Origin: Polyangiaceae bacterium
GTDB taxonomy: Bacteria; Myxococcota_A; Polyangia; Polyangiales; Polyangiaceae
Assembly (NCBI GenBank): GCA_033763455.1
Contig: JANRKO010000052.1
Coordinates: forward strand, 1 to 46,484
Reading direction: 5' to 3'
Length of the DNA stretch: 46,484 nucleotides
The translations under genes and the position numbers were made by a program. Every line of letters begins with the position of its first letter. Position 1 is the stretch's first letter. Shown here piece by piece: positions 1 through 6,925 of this stretch. The notes below the pieces were generated by a model. That model made no database searches. It had not been told where the DNA came from and saw only the letters and a list, made by a program, of their open reading frames with translations.

Positions 1-397
1 GTAGAAATACTCTGCTTCGGCGCGCTCGTGAGCGAGGCGGGCGATCTCCGGATCTGAAGAGAGGTTTTTGAGCGTGTTGGCTGCGTCAGTCATCGAAGGT
101 TCCTCTTGTTCTAGCTCTTCTAGCTCCTGCCGGCTCTTCACTGAAAGAAAACGGGCACAAAGCCGCACTTTACGTTCGAAATCTGACTCGGGCTCCCCGA
201 CTGGCTTGCGCCGCGGGGCCAGGCCCAGTTGTAGCACATGCAGCGACAGCGCTTCGCTGTAGATTTCCCCACTTTTGTCTCCTCGGAGCCGAAACACCTC
301 GTGAAAACCGTACTCTGGGTGCGGCGCGCCCACCTGCCAGACCACACCGATCGACGGAGTGATCTCTTTGTACGGCATGCCTCGCGTCAGCTGGTTA
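1..397 (-). pseudogene. 5'-truncated Rpn-family / PD-(D/E)XK nuclease (PDDEXK_2-type) gene fragment, running off the window edge
   Basis: Manual translation: HNQLTRGMPYKEITPSIGVVW...FHEVFRLRGDKSGEIYSEALSLHVLQL...MTDAANTLKNLSSDPEIARLAHERAEAEYFY. Matches the QLxRGxxYxxLxPxI...FHxxFxL...LxLHxxEL pattern. The N-terminal catalytic part is missing and the frame starts at the boundary of the 172-bp repeat. Confidence 0.7.
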
Positions 398-569
398 TGA
401 TGCTCCCTCGTGGGTGCGGAGAATCTACGGCCGCTAGCGCTTGCTTCGCGACGCGCTATCGAGGCCCTCTTGTCTGTGCTCGCGCGCGTTGTGCTTGCTC
501 GCACGTGGGTGCCCGGCGCGCTGCGCGCAGCCGAGGGACCTAACGGCTGGGGTGAGAATAGGGGGCGCT
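398..569. repeat. 172-bp structured non-coding repeat, copy 1 (upstream of Rpn gene)
   Basis: Aligns ungapped with 3649-3820 with 8 substitutions by manual count. Contains hairpins TAGCGC-TTGC-ttc-GCGA-c-GCGCTA and CGGCGCGC-tg-CGCGCAGCCG. Confidence 0.95.
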
Positions 570-650
570 GGGAAACGAGCGCTTATTCGCGGCCATTTTC
601 CACATGTTTCACTTGCACTCTGTTCGCCAAAAACGCTATACAAAGATGCT

Positions 651-1634
651 GTGGCCAACCATCACGACGTACTTGTCAAGGAAGCCTTCAGCTCCCTTGA
701 AGACGCCGCCGCCGAGTTCAAAGCCATATTGCCTGAAAGGCTCGTCCAGGCGCTCGACCTCAAGAAGCTCACATTGGTTCCCGGTTCTTTCCGCGACAAG
801 AAGCTCGCCGAAAGTCACACGGATATTCTCTACAGTGTTCCTCTCCGCGCTCGCTCGGCGCTCGTCTACGTGCTCTTCGAACATAAGAGCGACGCTGATC
901 GTTGGACAACCCTGCAGCTTCTCGGCTACATGCTGAACATCTGGGAACGCTTTCGAAAGGACAATCCCAACTCGACCCTGCTGCCGCCAATCATTCCGCT
1001 CGTCTTGCATCACAGCCGAGCCGGCTGGTCCCGCTCCACAAGCTTCAACTCTCTGTTCGATCCTGAGCTGCTCGCAATCCCCGGCGTGACCGAGGGGCTC
1101 CCCAACTTTCATTTTCATCTCGACGACATCAGCCATATTTCGGAAGCTGACCTCCGCGCCCGTGCGTTCAGCGCATTCTCCACCTTGGCTTTGGCTAGCC
1201 TCAGTCGCTCCCGCGCAGGCTCGGAAGACGCCTTTCTCCAAGCCCTGGCCCCGCTCGCCGACCTCTTTGCCCAGCTCCTTTCGGCTGCAGATGGGCCCCG
1301 TGCACTCCGCATCCTCTTCGAGTATATTTCCCGGGTCGCCCCAGGTGTTTCACCCCAGGATTTGGAACGCTATTTAGCCGCAAAATCTCCAGAAGTGCAG
1401 GATCTCGCCATGACCATCGCTGAACAGATCAAACAGGAAGGCCTTGTACAAGGCCGTGTCGAAGGCCGCGTGGAAGGCCAAGCATTAAGCGTGCTAAAGC
1501 AGCTCAAGCTCAAGTTCGGGCCAGTGCCAAGCACCACCGAAAGCGCGATTCTCGCCGCCTCACCAGAGAGGCTCGATCTCTACCTTGAACGTATCCTCAC
1601 GGCCCAGTCCATCGACGATGTGATCAAAAGTTAG
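651..1634 (+). CDS. Rpn/YhgA-like recombination-promoting nuclease (Transposase_31 family), copy 1
   Basis: HDxLVK N-terminus, SF...TDILYSV...YVLFEHKS (PD-(D/E)XK), LPPIIPLVLHH, and C-terminal MTIAEQ..EGxxxG repeats. GTG start at 651 chosen by alignment to copy 2. Confidence 0.92.
   Translation: MANHHDVLVKEAFSSLEDAAAEFKAILPERLVQALDLKKLTLVPGSFRDKKLAESHTDILYSVPLRARSALVYVLFEHKSDADRWTTLQLLGYMLNIWERFRKDNPNSTLLPPIIPLVLHHSRAGWSRSTSFNSLFDPELLAIPGVTEGLPNFHFHLDDISHISEADLRARAFSAFSTLALASLSRSRAGSEDAFLQALAPLADLFAQLLSAADGPRALRILFEYISRVAPGVSPQDLERYLAAKSPEVQDLAMTIAEQIKQEGLVQGRVEGRVEGQALSVLKQLKLKFGPVPSTTESAILAASPERLDLYLERILTAQSIDDVIKS
1410..1634 (+). CDS. Putative internally initiated RpnS (intragenic antitoxin) of Rpn copy 1
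   Basis: In-frame ATG (MTIAEQIKQEG) preceded by SD-like GCAGGA; the same arrangement is kept in copy 2. Confidence 0.55.
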   Translation: MTIAEQIKQEGLVQGRVEGRVEGQALSVLKQLKLKFGPVPSTTESAILAASPERLDLYLERILTAQSIDDVIKS

Positions 1635-1653
1635 CTTGAATTTGTGACATCAG

Positions 1654-1714
1654 GCCTAATTGATCGTTGAAGCAGCCGGCCGATGCGGCCGCTGCTTAAC
1701 GTGGGGCAGTAGGG
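1654..1714 (+). other. attC-like recombination site 1 (61 bp; R' degenerate)
   Basis: GCCTAAT-tgatc-GTTGAAGC-agccggccgatgcggccgct-GCTTAAC-gtggggc-AGTAGGG gives R''/5 nt/8-nt L''/stem/7-nt L'/7 nt/R', with two unpaired bases in the stem. Confidence 0.65.
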
Positions 1715-2310
1715 CGGCGCGAACCCCGAGGGGCATTGGTAATCGAAATAATCTTGATCTCATAGGTGCCGCAAGCCGCGTCCCTGCAACGTCCGGCAGC
1801 CCAAATTTCGCCGTCTCCAAGCATTATCCCCTGAGTGTTGGCGAAAATCGTATCGACCGTCGCTGTTCGAATCACCTCGCTCACCAACGGTCCGAACAGT
1901 GAGTCAAAGCTGGACACTAGCTCTTGCTCACTCATAACGTTAACCCGACGCCCATTTGCCCAAGCATTCAGCGGAAAGGCAACCAAGGACGCCACTGCCT
2001 GCTTGTTGCGCTGGGAAATCGCAGCCTTCAGTCTTCGGAGAAACAGTTCAACATCTTCCCGCTTGAGCCCCGCGTATTTAACCTCAGCTGGACTTCTTTC
2101 GACGGTTCCCTCTTTGACGTCCAGGTGATCGGGCATTCCTGGTGGACCACCGTCTATGTCGCGGGTTGAGGTCTCCGCATGCTTCGCGCCGGTATCAGCC
2201 GTAACAGGTCCTGAACGCCGGTCTCGACCTTGGCATGCGCAATAATGCGCTGAGTAGAACATCAAGAGCATCATCAGCCCCAGCCGGCCCCCTTTAGTAC
2301 GATCCACCAT
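1696..2310 (-). CDS. Putative exported/lipoprotein immunity protein for the RHS lysozyme toxin
   Basis: Overlaps the 3' end of the toxin frame. Hydrophobic N-terminus with Cys, then a compact domain (…VASLVAFPL…GIMLGDGEIW…C…C…IKIISI). Stop codon lies in the attC-like site. Confidence 0.6.
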   Translation of the reverse strand: MVDRTKGGRLGLMMLLMFYSAHYCACQGRDRRSGPVTADTGAKHAETSTRDIDGGPPGMPDHLDVKEGTVERSPAEVKYAGLKREDVELFLRRLKAAISQRNKQAVASLVAFPLNAWANGRRVNVMSEQELVSSFDSLFGPLVSEVIRTATVDTIFANTQGIMLGDGEIWAAGRCRDAACGTYEIKIISITNAPRGSRRPTAPR

Positions 2311-3648
2311 TGAACACCGCCGCCTCTCTAGCACGCCTGAAGACTAGCCCTTGATTCACCTGCCCGCCTGCTTTGTTATAGAGGGCGAACGAAGCGGCCG
2401 CTTGTTGGTAGTTTCCGGCATTCAGGTTCTGAAGCACTGCTGACTTCGCGAAAGCGCCCGTGCCAATGTTGTATGCCAAGCTAGTAAGAGCATCAAACTG
2501 GCGCTGAGTCACGGGAACCTTCACCAGGCTACTAACAGCCTGCGAACGCGGTTGGAGATCATTCATGAAGATTTCCTTGGCGCGTGCGTGGCTGATCCCG
2601 GCCTGAAATTCGGCGGATTCGGTTCCATCGATCGGTCCGTGGTGTACGAGGTGCCCATAGCCAATCGTCGCGTGGTTCGCAGAATCGTTGTACAACTGTG
2701 ACCGGAAGCCCTCGAATCCTGCGATCATGTCGGCCCCTGCCGAACTGATCTGCCGCGAGGCGGCAGGGCGCGGGGCGCTTGCGCCACCACCTCTGCTCGC
2801 CAGCCTTGCGTCCCCATATTGTTCGTCCAGCGCGCTGCGAAACGCCTTCAGGTTCGCGTCGATCTCAGCAGCCCACGCTGCACCCTCGCTCAACGCCTGC
2901 CTTATTGAGGCGTCGGGTGCGTCCCCCTCCTGCGCCTTCGCCTTCCCCGCCCCTGGCGGAACCTTCTCCGCCTGCCCCGAAGACTCAATCACTTTGTATG
3001 CAGCCCCAACCCCCACACTCACCGCGCTACTGAACCCCCCTGTCCCCGCAGCCATCCCCAACCCCTTCGCCGACATCTTCTGCCCAGTCGCGACAGAAAC
3101 AGCAACATAGCGCGCGGCACTCCCCACTGCGCCCAGGCCAATGGAGGTCGCGGCTGTCGGGTTTGTGCCGCCCATCGCTGATACTCCCCCGCTCACCCCG
3201 CCACTTAAGGCACCCGTGGCCAAACCCTTCGCTGATATCGATTCCCCGTGCAGTATGGAATTGGCCGCATTGCCGACCATACCGCTGGCAGCGCCCGCCA
3301 TCACACCGCTCCCGAGAACGCTTCCCACACCACCGGTAATGGCCCCCACCGCCGCAGATATTGCTACCTCTTTCCAGTCTACTGTGCCGTTGACCGCAAG
3401 CTGGGTCACCGTGCTCACCACCGCCCCGACGATGGCGCCGATGGCCATCTGCGCGAAGTTGCCGTCTGGATCGACCCCCATGAGGGGTGACCCATGCACG
3501 TACGCATACGGGTTAGCGTCGCCCTGTAGGTCATGGATCGTCACCGCATCGGGACTCATCCACCGTCCCAGCGCTGTCGAGTAATACCGGGCTCCGAAGT
3601 ACGAGAGGCCAACCTCGATATCCTCCTCTTTCCCTGTGAACTTATTTT
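2294..3648 (-). pseudogene. Orphan RHS C-terminal module: end of RHS core + Gly/Ala-rich segment + GH24 (phage-type) lysozyme toxin
   Basis: In-frame KFTGKEEDIEVGLSYFGARYYSTALGRWMSPD...NPYAYVHGSPLMGVDPDG (RHS core end, DPxG). C-terminal FEGFRSQLYNDSANHATIGYGH is an E-x8-D-x5-T triad, followed by QFDALTSLAYNIG and GLVFRRARE. Truncated at the 172-bp repeat; an ATG at 3559 could still give a 421-aa product. Confidence 0.88.
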
Positions 3649-3820
3649 TGATGCTCCCTCGTGGTTGCGGAGAATCTACAGCCGCTAGCGCTTGCTTCGC
3701 GGCGCGCTACCGAGGCCCTCTTGTCTGTGCTCGCGCGCGTTATGCTTGCTCGCACGCGGCTGCCCGGCGCGCTCCGCGCAGCCGAGGGACCTAACGGCTG
3801 GGGTGAGAATAGGGGGCGCT
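3649..3820. repeat. 172-bp structured non-coding repeat, copy 2
   Basis: About 95% identical to 398-569. Confidence 0.95.
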
Positions 3821-3898
3821 CGAACCCCCCTTTCGCTATCATTTTGCCTACATTCCCGCTTGCGTTCTGTTCTCCAATAGCGCTATGGAGAACGCGCT

Positions 3899-4870
3899 GT
3901 GGCCAAACATCACGACGTGCTCGTCAAGGAAGCCTTCAGCTCTCTTGAAGACGCCGCGGCTGAATTCAAAGCCATATTGCCTGAGCATCTCGTCAACGCG
4001 CTCGACCTCAAGAAGCTCACCTTGGTTCCAGGTTCCTTTCGCAAGAAGGAGCTTGCCGAGAGCCACACAGATATCCTCTACAGCGTTCCGCTTGGCGCGC
4101 GCTCCGCGCTCGTCTATGTACTTTTCGAACACAAGAGCGACGCTGATCGTTGGACAAACCTCCAGCTTCTCGGCTACATGGTAGACATTTGGGAAAACTT
4201 TCGAAAGAACAACCCGGGCGCCACGCTACTGCCGCCCATCATTCCGCTCGTCTTGCATCACAGCCTTGCCGGTTGGTCCCGCTCGACAAGCTTCAGCACC
4301 CTGTTCGATCCTGAGCTGCTCGCAATCCCCGGCGTGAGCGAGGGGCTCCCCAACTTTCACTTTCACCTCGACGACATCAGCGACATTTCTGAAGCCGAGC
4401 TCCGCGCTCGAGCGCTCAGCACATTTTCTACGCTCGCGTTGGCCAGCCTCAGTCGCTCCCGCAGGGGCTCGGAAACCGCCTTTCTCGACGCTTTGGCCCC
4501 GCTCGCCGACCTCTTCGTCCAGCTCCTCTCAGCCCCAAACGGTCCCCGTGCACTCCGCATCCTCTTCGAGTATATTTCCCGAGTCGCCCCAGGTGTTTCA
4601 CCCCAGGACCTGGAACGCTACTTGTCCGAAAAAAATCCCCAAGTGCAGGACCTCGCCATGACTATCGCTGAACAGCTCAAACAGGAAGGCATCGCGCAAG
4701 GCATCCTGCGAGGGCAAGCCTTGAGCCTTCTGAAGCAGCTCAAACTCAAGTTCGGACCGGTGCCAAGCACTACCGAAAGCGCGATTCTCGCTGCCTCCCC
4801 CGAGCAGCTCGATCTCTACCTTGAACGTATTCTCACGGCCCAGTCAATTGACGATGTGGTCCGGAGTTAG
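3899..4870 (+). CDS. Rpn/YhgA-like nuclease, copy 2
   Basis: Close paralog of 651-1634 with the same motifs (TDILYSV, FEHKS, MTIAEQ). Confidence 0.92.
   Translation: MAKHHDVLVKEAFSSLEDAAAEFKAILPEHLVNALDLKKLTLVPGSFRKKELAESHTDILYSVPLGARSALVYVLFEHKSDADRWTNLQLLGYMVDIWENFRKNNPGATLLPPIIPLVLHHSLAGWSRSTSFSTLFDPELLAIPGVSEGLPNFHFHLDDISDISEAELRARALSTFSTLALASLSRSRRGSETAFLDALAPLADLFVQLLSAPNGPRALRILFEYISRVAPGVSPQDLERYLSEKNPQVQDLAMTIAEQLKQEGIAQGILRGQALSLLKQLKLKFGPVPSTTESAILAASPEQLDLYLERILTAQSIDDVVRS
4658..4870 (+). CDS. Putative internally initiated RpnS of Rpn copy 2
   Basis: GCAGGA-cctcgcc-ATG in frame (MTIAEQLKQEG). Confidence 0.55.
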   Translation: MTIAEQLKQEGIAQGILRGQALSLLKQLKLKFGPVPSTTESAILAASPEQLDLYLERILTAQSIDDVVRS

Positions 4871-4895
4871 CTTGACGTGCAAGCCAGACATTCAG

Positions 4896-4956
4896 GCCTA
4901 ATGGATCGTTGAAGCAGCCGGCCGATGCGGCCGCTGCTTAACGTGGTGTATTAGGG
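4896..4956 (+). other. attC-like recombination site 2 (61 bp, AAT/ATT cores)
   Basis: GCCTAAT-ggatc-GTTGAAGC-agccggccgatgcggccgct-GCTTAAC-gtggtgt-ATTAGGG; R'' and R' are nearly complementary. Confidence 0.72.
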
Positions 4957-5597
4957 GAAGCCACCTTCGCGTTGATCGCCATCCACGGGCGAGCGTGCAT
5001 CCGCCATCCCCGAATTAGCAAACCGCAGCCACCGAACACGAACAAGAGGTCGATGTGATAGCCGCCCAGATTTAGGAAAATCGACAGGTAGATTGGAAAC
5101 GTGCGCAACCCACCCAGTAGACCCAATCCAATAAGCAACGCGCCCCCCACCATGGTTCCCTTCGCACGCCGACGCACGGCTTTGCCTGCTGCTAGTGCGA
5201 GTGCCAAGTCGCCTGCCGCAAGGTCGAACCCGCATTCACATCTGACTTGCACCGCGGGAGCGACTTGACCGCAGAGTCCACAAGTCTGCAGGGGACCAAG
5301 TCTGCCCGTTGCTAGCGCTCGAAGAGCAGGGTCAGAATCGTTCTCGGCGATGACCCGAAGCAACGTTTGATTGCGCAAGACACGAACCGCTGCTTCGCGA
5401 ACCTGGGTGCGCGCGTGAGAGCGAATATGATCGTCGGCAAAGAGGCGCTCTGCGGCGATCTCACGCACGTCGGGCGGTGCCTTGCTCTCCAGAATGAGCT
5501 CCAATGTGCCTCGGTCCGTGATACTTGCAATTGTGTCAGCCCGAACAACCGGGTTGGAGTGACGCCACTTCGGACGAAATGAATCTACAAATGACAT
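4938..5597 (-). CDS. Hypothetical membrane protein (N-terminal helical/HEAT-like repeats, Cys zinc ribbon, 2 TM)
   Basis: PKWRHSNPVVRA.../VREIAAERL/VREAAVRVL/LRALATGRL repeats, CGLCG..RCECG, two hydrophobic segments. Stop codon lies within attC-like site 2. Confidence 0.7.
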   Translation of the reverse strand: MSFVDSFRPKWRHSNPVVRADTIASITDRGTLELILESKAPPDVREIAAERLFADDHIRSHARTQVREAAVRVLRNQTLLRVIAENDSDPALRALATGRLGPLQTCGLCGQVAPAVQVRCECGFDLAAGDLALALAAGKAVRRRAKGTMVGGALLIGLGLLGGLRTFPIYLSIFLNLGGYHIDLLFVFGGCGLLIRGWRMHARPWMAINAKVASPNTPR

Positions 5598-5682
5598 CGC
5601 TGAGGCTTAGCCCAATTCCCAGGCCCGAAACCTTTATATCAAGCAATGAAGTACCCGCTCCCAGGTCCCCATAGCCCAACTT

Positions 5683-6018
5683 CTAGCCTTGAACTCGTGG
5701 GGCAGCTTCACCAATCCGCGTCCCACACTTCGCGCAGCGACTCCCGAGGTATGCCCTAGGGAGTCCTAGGAACAAGTCGTCCTCCCATCGGCGGGTTGAC
5801 CAAAAGGTGGCCCGACACTTGGGGCATCGAAAATTGGTAACGAAAGCGTGACCCAAGGCCATCATCGCCATGGCTGCCAGCAGGAACGGCCAGCGATACG
5901 GCGAACCTTGTCTGGTGAGGCTGTTTGCAGCAAAAAAGGAGAGGGCGCTCAGAAGTACCAACGCTCGCCAGCCCCGTAGGCGGCGCTTTGCCTGCACTGC
6001 ATTCTTGAGCTCGCTCAT
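5683..6018 (-). CDS. Small 2-TM protein with CxxC...CxxC, possible immunity protein
   Basis: Two TM segments then CPKC...CAKC; ATGA overlap with the upstream Gly-rich ORF. Confidence 0.6.
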   Translation of the reverse strand: MSELKNAVQAKRRLRGWRALVLLSALSFFAANSLTRQGSPYRWPFLLAAMAMMALGHAFVTNFRCPKCRATFWSTRRWEDDLFLGLPRAYLGSRCAKCGTRIGEAAPRVQG

Positions 6019-6347
6019 TGTATTGGGGTCGTGAACAAGTAGTCCAAAGGCACGGTCACTGTTGTCCCTACCACCCCACCCGCCCAGAGACCGGTCATTG
6101 GCCCAACGCCGACCTGCCCACTAAGTCCGCCCGCCGGCCCGGTAGTTCCCGTAAAACAGACTCCTGGTCCTTCGTATTTTACACCGTAACCAAGCCCGCC
6201 CAAGGTATCCAAACTACTGTAACCGCCTATGGCTGCTCCGGCTCCAAGGTACCCGCCCACGCCCGGGGTATAACTTGCGCTGCCAAGCGCGCCCACTCCG
6301 TCGAATCCCACGTAGACACCCGCGGATAGGTCTATCCCCCCACCCAA
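6015..6347 (-). pseudogene. Gly-rich hydrophobic fragment, probable polymorphic-toxin C-terminal remnant
   Basis: Gly-rich sequence without a convincing start/RBS, translationally coupled to a small TM gene. Confidence 0.4.
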
Positions 6348-6540
6348 GTAGCTGAGCCCGGATCGGAAGGCTGGGCTTCAGTGTCCTTCGGCTCCCGCAT
6401 TCCGCAAATGACATCCCTAAGCTATACTCTACTTCTGCCGGGTCCTGATCCTCCAGCTACTCCGAGAACACCCGAGGCTCCACCCATGGGCTGCACTACC
6501 TGGATAATTTGCGTATCTCCGCCGCAACACAGCGCTGCCC

Positions 6541-6645
6541 CAATCTGGTTACGTCACCATCAATGATGTTCGTGCTGCCGGATACTCTTCGGCGCTCCTC
6601 GAATACCACGTGCGTACCGGCCATCTGCAGCGCGTCATGCGCGGT
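6541..6645 (+). pseudogene. Fragment of AbiEi-type (type IV TA) antitoxin N-terminal wHTH
   Basis: Manual translation QSGYVTINDVRAAGYSSALLEYHVRTGHLQRVMRG matches the QxGYxT...GxS..L..HV..G.L.RV.RG pattern; no start codon and no C-terminal domain. Confidence 0.6.
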
Positions 6646-6925
6646 CAGCCCCCTCGCTCGACAAAGTCCTCACAGATTAACCTCTTCGAACTTTGCAACT
6701 GTGCGGCGGCCGAGAAACGCCGCCTCCACATCGACCACGAAAACCTCGATACTTCCGCCGACAACTAACTTTTCCATCCGCACACCTGATACACGGAAGT
6801 CCCACCCGTCTCTTTCGCACTCGAAACCTGGGATCCCCCGCGTCTACCCTGGCTTCGGGCGTCGCCTTCGCGTAGCTTTACGCCCACGCTCCGGCCGTAC
6901 CACCCCGGAGCCTTCAGGAGTCCTT

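Noticed and set aside
441..650. N-terminal extension of Rpn copy 1, and other ORFs over the 172-bp repeat
   Set aside because: The equivalent frame in copy 2 stops before the gene, and the Rpn motif starts at GTG 651.
398..4956. CRISPR array or classical IS made of the repeats
   Set aside because: Only two long copies with no repeat-spacer periodicity; no terminal inverted repeats or TSD visible around the module.
5588..6415. 11-bp repeat CAAATGACATC at 5588 and 6405
   Set aside because: Short enough to arise by chance, and the downstream sequences are unrelated.
6509..6925. Long N-terminal extension of the esterase ORF
   Set aside because: A clear RBS and signal peptide start at 6926; the extension overlaps the AbiEi remnant in another frame.
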